A stretch of 64,000 bases of DNA. Origin: Felis catus. Its lineage: Eukaryota. Position numbers and translations under genes: made by a program. The stretch lies in contig NC_058368.1 of assembly GCF_018350175.1 (NCBI RefSeq), positions 186,436,001 to 186,500,000 on the forward strand. Reading direction: 5' to 3'. The notes under the pieces were generated by a model. The model saw only the letters and a program-made list of their open reading frames with translations. It made no database searches and had not been told where the DNA came from. Below, one piece after another: positions 48,171 to 60,275 of this stretch. Each line of letters opens with the position of its first letter. The stretch's first letter is position 1.

Positions 48171-48383
48171 CTCTTCAGATGTACCTGCTGCACCCCTTGA
48201 AGTTGTGAAGGGAAACAGAGCAAGTAAACCACTTTGGAAAGAAACCGCAGCTTAAGGAATGAGACCAGGGAAAAGGAACTTGGTGAGAATATAAAGTCAT
48301 GGTTTGTGTAAGTTCATAGAAGAGAACTTTAGATTTAAGCAAAGGAAATTTGATGCATAGTTACTACTTATGCTTTTCTTATC

Positions 48384-48584
48384 TTTTTTGATTTCAAGTT
48401 TTTATTTGAATTCTAGTTAGTTAACATACATGCTAAAATTGGCTTCAGGTGTAGAATTTAGTGATTTATCACTTACACATAACACCCAGTGCTCATCACA
48501 AGTGTCCTCCTTAATACCCATCACCCATTTAACCCATCCCCTACCCACCTCTCTCCATCAACCCTTGGTTTGTTCTCTATAGTT
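48384..48584 (-). mobile_element. 5'-truncated carnivore L1 (3' UTR)
   Basis: AAGTTTTTATTTGAATTCTAGTTAGTTAACATAC...AACACCCAGTGCTCATCACAAGTG...TTTGTTCTCTATAGTT. Confidence 0.9.
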
Positions 48585-48850
48585 ACCTTTCCTTAAAAGG
48601 TATATATGGATGGCAAACAGAAATTCATCATGCATTCTAATGCCTTCCAGGGCTTGTCTCTGGATTCCATTTCCTTATGGGTCAAATCTTAGTGAGAAAC
48701 TTTTGACAAAACAAGTTGTTAAATGCTAAGTACATTATATTCTTTATAAACAACCCTCCTAAAAATTAAAAGTATTAGGGAGTCACAATTTATATTTTTA
48801 AACAGGCTTTCTGCTTTGAACTTTTCATATTACTCATCAAGAGACCTTGA

Positions 48851-49077
48851 GGGGCGCCTGGGTGGCGCAGTCGGTTAAGCGTCCGACTTCAGCCAGGTCA
48901 CGATCTCGCGGTCTGTGAGTTTGAGCCCCGCGTCAGGCTCTGGGCTGATGGCTCGGAGCCTGGAGCCTGTTTCCGATGCTGTGTCTCCCTCTCTCTCTGC
49001 CCCTCCCCCGTTCATGCTCTGTCTCTCTCTGTCCCAAAAATAAATAAAAAACGTTGAAAAAAAAATTAAAAAAAAAA
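48851..49077 (+). mobile_element. Young felid CAN-SINE (SINEC_Fc-type)
   Basis: CpG-rich body; TSD AAGAGACCTTG at 48839-48849 and 49078-49088. Confidence 0.97.
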
Positions 49078-49312
49078 AAGAGACCTTGTAGCTTTTCCTC
49101 TAATTTTCCCTACACTATTCCAGTCTCAGGGGCAGATTCAGTGATTTTCATACCTGAATTCCACATGCATAGCATTAAAATATGGGTGAATAATGATGTA
49201 TATTTCTTTCAAAGCAAGTAGATATTATTTAAATAATGGATATTTTCAAAACCATGATACTTTGTCCTTTGCTTTCTTTAAATCAATTTTCAAGAAAAAA
49301 AACAAAACTTTG

Positions 49313-50147
49313 CATTCCCACTAACAGTGCAAGAGGGTTCCCCTTTGTCCACAGGCTATTGTTCCTCGTGTTGTTGATTTTAGCCATTCTGACAGGTGTG
49401 AGGTTATATCTCGTGGTTTTGATTTGTATTTCCCTGATGATCAGCGATGTTGATCATCTTTTCATGTGTCTGTTGGCCATCTGGATGTTTGAGGAAATGT
49501 CTGTTCATGTGTTCTGCCCAGTTTTAATTGGATTATTCATTTTTTGGGTGCTGAGTTTATAAGTTCTTTATATATTTTGGATACTAACCCTTAAACAGGG
49601 TTTAATACCTTCTCCTATTCCATCAGTTGCCTTTTAGTTTTATTGTTTCCTTTGCTGTGCAGAAGCTTCCATTTTGCTTTTGTTTTCCAATATTACTTGG
49701 CCATAAAAAAGAATGAAATCTTGCCACTTGTAACAATGTAGATGGAGCTAGAGAGTATTATGCTAAGCAAAAGAAGTCAGAGAAAGACAAGTACCCTATG
49801 TGGGTACTTTCACTCATATGTGGAATTTAACAAAACAAATGAGCCAAGGGGGAAAAAAGAGATGGAGAGGCAAACCAAGAAAAAGACTGAACTATAGAAA
49901 AGAAGGAAGGGGAGCTTCCTGAAAAAGTCCAAGAAAAAGACTGAACTATAGAGAAGAACTATAGGGAAGGAGGATGGGGAGCTGGGTTAAATAGGTGATG
50001 AAGATTAAAGAGGGCACTTATTGTGGTAAGTATGGTGCTGTGTAGAAGTGTTGAATCACTATATTGTACACCTGAAACTAATATTACACTGTGTGTTAAC
50101 TAACTGGAATTTGAATAAAAACTTAAAAAAATAAACTTAAATTTATT
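49313..50147 (+). mobile_element. Carnivore L1 with 5' inversion (49313-~49689 antisense, ~49690-50147 sense)
   Basis: Antisense ORF2 C-terminal segment joined to a sense 3' end; 18/19 TSD GAAAAAAAA(C/G)AAAACTTTG at 49294-49312 and 50148-50166. Confidence 0.9.
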
Positions 50148-50239
50148 GAAAAAAAAGAAAACTTTGGAATGTCCCTAAATAATCAGGGCTTTTTCTTCTA
50201 TAAGTTTATAGTAGCACCACTTTATAATGAAAAAGGTTT

Positions 50240-50438
50240 AATTTTTTTTTAACATTTTGTTTATTTTCAAGAGACAGAGCATGAGTACGAGAGGGGCAGA
50301 GAGAGAGGGAGACACAGAATCTGAAGCAGGCTCCAGGCTCTGAGCTGTCACCCGACGCGGGGCTTGAACCCACGAACTGTGAGATCATGACCTGAGCCAA
50401 AGTTGGATGCTTAACCGACTGAGCCACCCAGGCACCCC
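50240..50438 (-). mobile_element. CAN-SINE
   Basis: Antisense body ending GAGCCACCCAGGCACCCC. Confidence 0.95.
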
Positions 50439-51019
50439 ATAAAAAATAATTTTTAGCTTACAGTGAAATGCCAACCTGCTTCCCAATGCTACCCCACACC
50501 ACATTCTGCCTTGCTACTTGTGTAGTTGTAGAAAAGGAAATTAACTTCTCTAGTCTCTCCTGTATTTTGGGGAAGAGTAAATAAGCTAACACATACAGCC
50601 TGTGTACAATATTCAACACAAAGTAGGTGCTCCACAAATGCTGATTTGTTTTCTTAGTTTAGAAAATTTCTGCTTCCAAATCAGCTCCCTTTACATCTTT
50701 TATGTTAATGAAAGATGTTGGAGTTAGTAGGTCTTTCAATGCTGGTTCTGAGTCCTTGTGCTGTTCTGGACATCAGCCACCTACCTGTCCCCCAATCCCT
50801 AATCTCTAACAAGTTTCTGGCCAAGATAAACGTTTTTTTAACTACCTTGGTGAATGATTATCACCATTCTGACTTTGGTAATACAACTTCTTAACCTTCT
50901 CTCTGTCATTCTAGATTCATCACTATGATCTGATCCCTACTTGGCAACCTGTATCTTTCTTGGTTCACATTACTACTTGAGTATATCTATACTTTATCTG
51001 TTTGAGTTCTTGAATAGGA

Positions 51020-51255
51020 TTTAAGGTAACTACCTATAGGCACACTGACCCGAATTGGGATCTAGGGTGTATTATTTACCAGTTTTGTGACTTTGGACCC
51101 ACCTCTTAACTTTTAATAAAATCTTTATTTCTTCACTTGAAAATTATAGATAGCAAACCTGACCTCAGAATTAATGTGAATATTAAATGAAGTAAAGCAT
51201 ATTAAGCACTTATCACAGTGGCTAGCACAATTGTATACTCAGGCAATCATTTAAT
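51020..51255 (+). mobile_element. MIR
   Basis: TTTACCAGTTTTGTGACTTTGG...ACCTCAGAA..TGTGAATATTAAATGA..GCACTTATCACAGTGGCTAGCAC. Confidence 0.65.
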
Positions 51256-51859
51256 TCTGGCAAAGTTAAACACACACACAAGCACATACATGTATGAACA
51301 CACACAGGCAGAGAGAGAGAAGGAAAGTGATTTAATCTTACTGCAGACACAGACACTACTAAAAATGGCCACATGAGGAAACTCTGACCTGGGCAGAGTA
51401 AGGAATGTACCACCCACTTTTCCAACATGAGGAAAGGTATTAAATTAGAGCTATAATGCCCCAAACCAGGTTATTTTAGCCAAGTTCACATGATGCAATT
51501 GTCAAATTGTGAGTGGCAAAATATTTACCAGAAAAGAACACCTTTTATTAAAAAAGAAATATAAGTTCGTATTAGCTACCCCTATTCCTCCATGATTTAA
51601 ATCCTATCATTCATTTGAGGAAAATACATTGAAAAATGCCTCTCCATCCTATCTTCTTTGGGATTTTTCCTTCTTCCTCCACTTACATCAGTATGTGAAC
51701 TTGTTCCATCCAAATGAGTCTTTAACTCAGTGGAAAAGGATACACAAATATGTGTTGAGGGAATTTATGTCAATGGGCTCTAAAACAAACAAGCAAAAAT
51801 ATAAAACAGACTGTGCTGTTGTAGTATAACACTGTGGATTGTCAGAAGTAAAATTGTCT

Positions 51860-52200
51860 ACCGTTGGCATTGTCATCCATCATGTTGCCTAAGCAAAACT
51901 GCAATCTCAGAGGAAGTAGGAGGGGTGAGAAGTGACTTAAAATGATTAGTTCCGCTCCACAGATGCAGGAGCTGGCGCGCTAAGGACCAAGTCAAGCATC
52001 TTAGTTGTGAATTTGTTTGTGAACGTGTCTGTGATTTGCACCATGAGGGAAAATGAAGAGAACATGAAACCACATTTTAGAACTGCATGTGACGGTGAAA
52101 AAATAAGTAGGCTGTATTTTATTCTTGTTATTTCCTAACAACTTTGTGGAACCTGCAGACGGTCCCCCCCTCCCTCTCCTCCATTCATGCTTCCACAAGT
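51860..52200. promoter_or_regulatory. Candidate conserved non-coding / enhancer-like segment
   Basis: Repeat-free, 7 CpGs in about 310 bp, X-box-like GTTGCCTAAGCAA; motif and composition evidence only. Confidence 0.3.
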
Positions 52201-52304
52201 CTTCCTGTTAATGTTAACCCTGCTCCCAAAAACAAAATAAACACAATGTAGTTACTATGAGTCAGAAGGATTTAACATTCATTTTTATTATGACCTTCCC
52301 AAAT

Positions 52305-52530
52305 GATCACAGTGGCTAAAACCACCAACTCTGAAGGCAGATTGGCTGAATGTAAATCTCAGCTCTGCCATTACTTGCCTTGTGGACGTGGGCAAGTTAT
52401 TTAAGCTTACTTTGTCTTAATTTCTGCATCTAACTTAAAAAAATGTTGAGGATGATAACAGACCTACAACCTATGCTATTCAATTCTGTAGTTGTGGCAT
52501 AATAGCAAGCATTGATAGTATCTAAAATAA
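52305..52530 (+). mobile_element. MIR
   Basis: AAATCTCAGCTCTGCCATTACTTGCCTTGTGGACGTGGGCAAGTTATTTAA. Confidence 0.75.
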
Positions 52531-52745
52531 TGAGTTCGGCCATGAGCCTATAAAACAGGATCAAGCTATGTTTGGTTAGTGATCCATAGTTGTCAACTGC
52601 CTGATTTAGGTCACAGAATTTTAGATAGAGAAGGAACTTTAGGGATCACTTAATTTGACAGCCTTATATTACATATGAGACAACTAGGAGACAGGAAGAA
52701 GCTGTACCTTGTCTACCTCCTCTTCACCTCCCCACCCTCCTCCAC

Positions 52746-52746
<1 letters not shown>

Positions 52747-52779
<33 letters not shown>
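52747..52779. repeat. Poly(A)33 within an antisense MIR-like fragment (52610-52800)
   Basis: Directly visible. Confidence 0.95.
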
Positions 52780-52782
<3 letters not shown>

Positions 52783-52862
52783 CATAGCTAGTGTGAAAGT
52801 AACAACAAAAGTAGTTGTTTTTCTTATATAACTTATGGTATCATTTTCATCTGCAGAGTTCT

Positions 52863-53074
52863 TTTTTTAAAAAAAAATTTTTTTAACGTTTATTTATTTT
52901 TGAGACAGAGAGAGACAGAGCATGAATGGGGGGAGGGTCAGAGAGAGAGGGAGACACAGAATCAGAAGCAGGCTCCAGGCTCTGAGCCCGATGCAGGGCT
53001 CAAACTCGTGAACCATGAGATCATGACCTGAGCCAAAGTCGGAAACTTAACCAACTGAGCCACCCAGGCGCCCC
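52863..53074 (-). mobile_element. CAN-SINE
   Basis: TSD CATCTGCAG(A/G)GTTCT at 52848-52862 and 53075-53089. Confidence 0.95.
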
Positions 53075-53159
53075 CATCTGCAGGGTTCTAATAATGATGT
53101 CTTATTTTCCAAAAACAAAGGTTTTCCCTGGATTGGATCTCATACTTTCCAGTGCTCTG

Positions 53160-53590
53160 AAGCTCACTCCCCAGAAGCAGACCAAGAAAGAAAAACTTTT
53201 GGGCACGTGATAAGTAGGGGAAATAAGATAGGGAAGTCGGAGTAAACCAAATAAGGGTGAAATTTCAAGCCAAAGCCATTAGGCAGGTAAGTTTGAGCCT
53301 GACTTCACGAGGAAACTCTGGAGTATAAGTTGCTTAAGGATTGCTCTACTGCCCACCACATAATCATTGGTTAATGGGCACTGAGGAGGCTGCAAATTCT
53401 CCAGTATTTTCTAGTGGTCCAAAGCTGCCCAGTAGCCCAAGGGGTGGTATACTGAAGAGGGTGAATGCAGGTACTGCTCATAGAAATCACTCCAAAATAA
53501 TGTGCATGGGGTGGGTGGGTGGTGTGTGGTTGGGAGGATAAAAAAATTATCTGAGGGAATTTAGGTAGAGCACTAGTTTAGTCTTCTGTA
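53160..53590 (-). mobile_element. Old ERVL LTR, LTR16-like
   Basis: CCCCAGAAGCAGACC and CTGAGGGAATTTAGGTAGAGCAC resemble the reverse-complemented ends of the LTR at 40150-40629. Confidence 0.55.
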
Positions 53591-53821
53591 TGACCTTAAT
53601 AACAGAGGAAAATAAATAAATAAACCTGTTTGAAGGATTAGACCAGAAATTTCTGCTGCAAGCTAGCTATTTGAAGTTTTTTGTTTTATTTATAAAAATT
53701 CATATTGTATTTTACCTTAACATCTCAATGATTACTTGAGGCTCTTTCCAAAACTATGAGTTTGATTTGCAAGCTTCAAAAGTTGTTTTAACTGATATCT
53801 GACTTTTTTAACTTTAAATTT

Positions 53822-53866
53822 TAGGGTTTTCTTTCTTTCTTTCTTTTTTTTTTTTTTTTTTTTTTT
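53822..53866. repeat. (CTTT)n plus poly(T)
   Basis: Directly visible. Confidence 0.9.
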
Positions 53867-54733
53867 ACCATCACTCGCCTACTCTACTTTCTTTGTTTTC
53901 TGGTAGAACATCAGTTTTTATCCAAATAACATCTTAATGGTTTTCTCTTCTCATACCCATTTATACCTCCCTCTCCATATAGAAGGACGGAAGGGGGCAG
54001 CTAGTTCCTTGTATGCCACATAACCCCACTCCCTAGAGGAAAAAAAAGAGTAAGCATTCATTTCACTATTCAGGCTTCTTGCAGTAAATTCTTCAGTGCT
54101 TTTCCCGTCTAATTTTAAAAGAATCTAAGATGTAATGTTTCTTCCCCACATCAGTTCAGCTTCACACTAAGATTAAAATGATCTATGATGCCATGGCATT
54201 CCTTTCAGATCTCACGCCCCTTTGTACGTGGAAGTGACATACAAGATCCTCTCAAATTACTAGTATGATTTATATAATATGAGAAGTGTTTTGTTTGTTT
54301 ACTTCGTTTCCTGGTAAAGATCTTACCATATTTTCCCAGTAGTGTTTTGTTTTTTGTCTTTTTTCCCCTTCTTTATTGTTCCTTGCTCCCTGACCTCTCT
54401 GTATTGCTGAAGTTTATATGACTGCTTTCTTGCTACTACTGCATACTTAAGTTCCTACAAAACCTAAAAATATTTACTATCAGAAAAGGGTTTCTGATCA
54501 AAATGATGTGGCAACTATAACATAGCCAATAAATGATCAAAGGATGACTGGATTCCAGATCTTACATCTATTTACATAACTTGAAATCCTCATCCTGATG
54601 TCAATGTTTTCCACATCACGGCTGACATTGCCAGTCATTTATTTCTCTAGCCAGACACTGGTTTGCCAATGAGGAAACTTACCTCAAATGTTTCCATTAC
54701 CCACCCTTCTAGGTCCATTTCAAATCACATCTA

Positions 54734-54949
54734 TTTTTTTTTCAATGCTTATTTATTTATTTTTGAGAGAGAGAGAGAAAGCACAAGTTGGGGAGGGACA
54801 GAGAGAGAGAGAGGGAGACATAGAATCTGAAGCAGGCTCCAGGCTTTGAGCTGTCAGCACAGTGCTCAACATAGGGCTCAAACCCACAAACCATGAGATC
54901 ATGACCTGAGCCAAAGTCAAATGCTTAACTTGCTGAGCCCAGGTGCCCC
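54734..54949 (-). mobile_element. CAN-SINE
   Basis: Degenerate TSD CAAAT(CA/AG)CATCT at 54721-54732 and 54950-54961. Confidence 0.95.
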
Positions 54950-55212
54950 CAAATAGCATCTCTTCAGTAAAGGCTTTCTCATTTAATTCTAACCGGTTGT
55001 GGTCTATTTTTCCTTCAATCTTCCTTGGATTAGGTTCTTCTTGGTCTATACCTTTCTTGTGACATTAATATTCTACTGTTTAATTATTTTTTGCTATCCT
55101 CCTCACTCTGCTACAACTTAGCTCCTTGAAAGGAAGAATCTTTTTGTTTATCCCAGAATCAAGAACACTTCCAAATACATAGATGCTCAGGATATTCATT
55201 GAATTACTGAAT
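54950..55212 (+). mobile_element. L2 3' fragment
   Basis: AGCTCCTTGAAAGGAAG...ACATAGATGCTCAG..ATATTCATTGAATT. Confidence 0.55.
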
Positions 55213-55984
55213 TAGATTTTGATACCCTACATATAGAGATGACTTTGCTGTTTTATGATGTTCAGTTTCATCTCATATCTTCTGGGTGCTGGTCACTCAC
55301 ACTAGTGACATTTGATAATAATAGATTCTTAAGAGTTAGAAGGCTTTCACTGTAGCCTAAACTATAAGAATTTCTCTTTTAGAACTTTGACAGATTGATC
55401 CTGCCCAAATTATTTAGTCAGTTTCCCAAATGTTTTTATACCAGAATTTTTATATACTACCTACATTATTTTTGTCAAATGCATGTGCCACCTGCTCTGT
55501 TATTTTTGTCAGTAGTTTCTTGAATTTACTCACCTTTAACTTGCATAAATGTATTTTAAAGAAAGGCAGTATCACCACCTTTTGTGTAAATTTAATATTA
55601 CTGGCCATAAATGGAATATAACCATAATAAGAAAGATCAATACATTTGGATCTGAAGATTTACATCTCTCAGTTAAAATAGAGAAGGAATAAAGTTGTTA
55701 GGGGAATGTTGATGACATGTTGCTATCAAACTGAGACTTTCTTGGCAGTTTAATCAGGATGGAAAGAAAGCTGATACATGTTGTAATACTATCCTATTTA
55801 AATCTCTGTCCATATATCTACAATCATCTCCTGAAGCATCAGGGTTTACATGCGAACTTCTCAGTAAAGTGCATCTTTGAAGCCTACCAAACTCCCAAAG
55901 TACTCACTGCTTCTTGTTGAATTATCATTGGCTCCAACAGCTAAGTCACTTAGTTCTAAACTCTCATTACAATAAAGTACGTCT

Positions 55985-57232
55985 AGCAAAAAATAAAAAT
56001 AAAATAAAATAAAATAATACAATTTTAAAAGTGGACAAAGAGGGGTGCCTGGGTGGCTTAGTCAGTTAAGCATTGGACTCTTGATTTCGGCTCAGGTCAG
56101 GATCTCACAGTTTTGGGGATTGAGCCCCACAGTGTGGAGCCTGCTTGGGATTCTCTCTCTCCTCTCTTTCTGCCCCTCTCTGTGCACACATTCTCCCTTT
56201 CTCTCAAAAAAAAAAAAAAAAATAAACATTTTAAAAAATGGACAAAGGACCTGAATAGACATTTTTCAAAAGAAGACAAAAGAATGGCCAACAGGCACAT
56301 GGAAAAGTGCTCCATGTCAGTAATCATTAGGGAAATGCAAGTGAAAATCACAGTAAGACATCAACTCACACCTGTTACAATGGCTAGCATCAAAAATACA
56401 AAAGATAAATGCTGGTAAGGATGTGGATAAAAGAATCCTTGTCTACTGTTGATGGGATTATAAACTGGTACAGCCACTTTCTAAAACAGTATGAAGGTTC
56501 CTCAAAAAATTAAAAATAGGACTATCATATCATCCAACAATTCTACTTCTGGGAATATATTCAAAAGAAATAAAATTACTATGTTGAAGAGATATCTGTA
56601 CCCTGACATTCATCCATAGCAGCATTATTTACAAGAGCCAAGACATGGAAACAACCTAAGTGTCCACTGATGGATGAATTGATAAAGAAGTTGAAGAACA
56701 CATACACGATGGAATAAAAACCAAGGAAATGCTGCCTTTTGTGACAACATGATGGAAATTGAGGGAGTTCAATGCTAAGTGAAATAAGTTAGACAAAGAC
56801 ATATACTGTAAGATCTCACTTACATGTGAAATCTAAAAAACAAATAAACAAATAAACAAACAGACTTGTAGAAAAAAGAGACCAGAGTTGTGGTTACCAG
56901 AGGTGGAGGGGAGGGGACGGATAATTTGAGGAAGATGGTCAAAAGGTACAAACATCTAGTTGTAAGATAAAGAAGTACTAGAGATATAATCTACAACATG
57001 ATGACTATAGTTAACATAGCTGAATGGCATATTTGAAAGTTGTTAAGAAAGTAAATGCTAAGAGTTATCACAGGAACAAACTTTTTTCCCTTTTTTTGTA
57101 TCTATATGAGATAATGGGTATCACTACACTTATTGTGGTAATCATTTCATAATATATGTAAGTCACATCATTAAGCTATACACATCAAACCCATACAGCC
57201 CTATATGTCAATTATATCTCAAGAAAACTGGG
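55985..57232 (+). mobile_element. 5'-truncated LINE-1 (L1MA9 / early carnivore type)
   Basis: ORF 56113-56418 contains [39 protein letters not shown]; 3' UTR ends TGTCAATTATATCTCAAGAAAACTGG. Confidence 0.92.
56042..56233 (+). mobile_element. CAN-SINE inside L1
   Basis: TSD AAAA(G/A)TGGACAAAG at 56027-56040 and 56234-56247. Confidence 0.95.
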
Positions 57233-58394
57233 ATTTTTTTTTTAAAAGATACATTACACTCATAACAATAACACTGATAGATATTGGCTGTTGGGCTTTC
57301 TATCCTGAAAGGCACTGTCTTTATTTTATAATGCAATGGCTGTGCTCTAGGCTACCACATACCACATCCCTCGGTAGGACACTTCCTTTATGGCTGTTAA
57401 TAATTTATTTGAACCTGAAAGCAAATTCATTTTCTCAGGAAGTAGGAACAAAACGTGTCTTCATGCAGCTTCTAATATGGGAGAATTATGTTAAAACATG
57501 AAAGGAAACATTGGTTGTTATCACCTACTCTTAAGGTTTCCAATTAAAGAAAATCTTCACTCTCACAGACTGACTACTTCTCCTCTCCTCCTTTTCTGCG
57601 GAGAAGCTTTCTCAATCACAAAATCTTGACACTTTCATAATATTGTGAAAGACAAATAATATTAGAACTTACCTCATAGTATTTTGTGAAAATTAATGAG
57701 GTGTAGACAGGTGAGAACACCAGTATCAGGAAAGGTCATTTGGTATCAACAATGACTTATGTGTCATGGTTAAATACCAAACAAAAGTATATTTTTATTA
57801 TTAAGAAAAATCACATATTAACACTAATTAAGAGGCTATTCTATGATTATTAATATGCTACTATTCTATTTAAATACTTAGCAAAAATGTTGCTGTGGAA
57901 TTCATTCATTCAATATATATTGAGAAGGTTTTACTATGTGTAAGTAGAGCTAATACAATTATTTGACATTAATATTATAATGTTTTTACTAATAGGTCTT
58001 AGTTACTCAAATATTAATTTATAAGGACCTTTTATCCCTGGTTATTCTCATTCATAATTTTATTAATTTATATCATTTTCCTACATGTATTTACTTATGT
58101 TTACTCAGTTATACCATGACTTTTTAAAAACAGTTTTCAGGGTGATTGTTTCACATATGATTATGTGAGCTGCTAAAATGTAATGTAGCAATCATCCACC
58201 CTTGACATGAATCTGAGAGACCAGATGTCCTAGATTGATATATTCATTCATTCATCCTTACTGGCCAGTTGCAGGGACATTCATGCAAGACAGATATGGT
58301 GAATTTGGATTCTTCTTCTAGCAACATTCAAGTCCCCATGTCATAATTTCTGTATCTAAAACATATGGTTAGTAATAATACCTATTCCACCTCT

Positions 58395-58806
58395 AGTAGA
58401 TATCTGTGACTTTATCTGTTCAGCATCCATTTCCTCTCTTTCTGGTAACAGAACATTAATAGTCTTACTTTGGGTCATTATTCCTCAACCATTAACAGTC
58501 CATATTGTTTGAATATGGTTTATCCCAGCTTCAGGATCCAGGGCAAGTGACTGGTTGATGATAGGAGTGGGATCCAAGCCCCCACAGAATTGGGTGGTGT
58601 AACTAAATTGCTAATCTTCTCAGTGTTGCTAAACGAAGCCAGTTTATGGTTATCTTTGGAAGCCAAACTTCATAAAACAGAACTTTGAGCCTTCTCAATT
58701 TACCTGCACTCAGAGTTGAACACCCTTAACATGACCTAGTATTCATTTACTTTAGCTAGTTTGAATTTGGTTTCTGTCCCTTTCAATCCCAAGAGCACTG
58801 AATAAT
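58395..58806 (+). mobile_element. Old ERVL-MaLR LTR (MLT1J/K-like) nested in a MIR (58290-58390 and 58807-58890)
   Basis: CAGCATCCATTTCC..TTCTGGTAACAG start; TAGCTAGTTTGAATTTGGTTTCTGTC...AAGAGCACTGAATAATA end. Confidence 0.6.
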
Positions 58807-60084
58807 ATACTTCACAGAGTTAAATGAGTAATTGTTGATGTTCATCCAGAATAAACAAGCTAGTAATCAAGCACTCAATATGTATTAGTCATGAATAATA
58901 ATTGGAATTACAATTTATCAATTAATGAGTGTCTCATACAAGTTAGGTGAATGCAGTGAGCATAGAGAATAATAAAATAAGAATACAAGTCCCTTGTAGA
59001 ATTAGCAAATGGAGATGTTTCTGAAGGTAATTTAAAGAAAAAACAAAGCAAAACAAAAAAGCAAGACTCTAAAATTGGTTTAGATTGAAGTAGGGAAAGG
59101 ACTAACTTTCCTTGAAGCTGATGACAGTTGGAGATTTTCACAACCTTCATATGCCCGAGTCCTCTAACTCGTGGAGGCCCCATGACATATAAAATAAAAC
59201 ATATTAAAATGTATATTTCCCATGTGAAATTTAAGTTTGATAATTATAGACATAATATTATGTTTTATAGACATTTAATTAAACATTAATTTCAGCATTT
59301 AGTTTGCTTTTCTAATTTGGGGCTAATATGTACATTTTTTTTCAAGTTTCCAGCATTTTTATAGGCCCTCCAAAGGCTTGTAAACCTAGGTTCTCTAATT
59401 CAGGCAACTAGTGGATAAATAGTCCTGGTAGAGGAGCATCAGGAAAGGGCCTCAGCGTGGTGTGACCCACATCCTGGAAAACTCCATTGGTCATAGTGGA
59501 TTACCTATCTTTGGCCATCCCTCAAAAGTCATCCCTAAGTAACCAACAAACCTGACAGAAATTTTCAAAAGTTACTCCTTAGAATCTGCAATGTCACTGC
59601 TCATACATCAGTTTTGTTCCTTCACTTGTATTGATGAGGCACACCTCTCCTCCTTCAGGTTTGGAGAAGTGGTTGGTAAAAAGATAAGGGATGTGGTGTT
59701 TTGTTACTACTGAGACTGAATACAATTAGTATCCCCATGGTGTCAGAAGTTAGGCAATTTCCTCATTTAACAATTTTACCTCCATTTGGAGCATCAGTAA
59801 TTTCATTTTGTACTTTAAGGTACACTTTTTCTGTACTCCTCAAGATCGATTAATTTGAGGTGGTGCTGAAAGGTAAAAGGACCTTCAAAAAAATCTGGTA
59901 ATTCAAGCCCTGAAAATTTCCTGTTGGTCATCTGATTGTTATCAAATCTCTGTTAGATGCAGAGATCCTTTGGGCTAAGATTTTATTTTGTTATATTAAC
60001 TCACTAGATGAGACATGCTGAGAATTGACTGTAAAGTAGACAAATTTATGGAAGTTTTATTTATAAAGTTGATAGTTATCAGGA

Positions 60085-60275
60085 AAGGCCTGAGTCCTTC
60101 AGTATTTTCTTATAAACTGTATAATCTTATAGTCACTTAATTTTTGCTTATATTTCTTCATATATGAAAATATTGTAATAATAACCTTTCATAGGCATAT
60201 TGTAAGGATTAAATATTATTATATGCAGAGAATTTGAAACACTACGTGACACATTAATATTGCTATATTATTATT
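60085..60275 (+). mobile_element. MIR
   Basis: AGTCACTTAA...TCATAGGCATATTGTAAGGATTAAAT. Confidence 0.55.

Noticed and set aside
59855..59873. REST/RE1 site (reverse complement TTCAGCACCAC)
   Set aside because: Only the left half-site is present; the GGACAG right half is absent.
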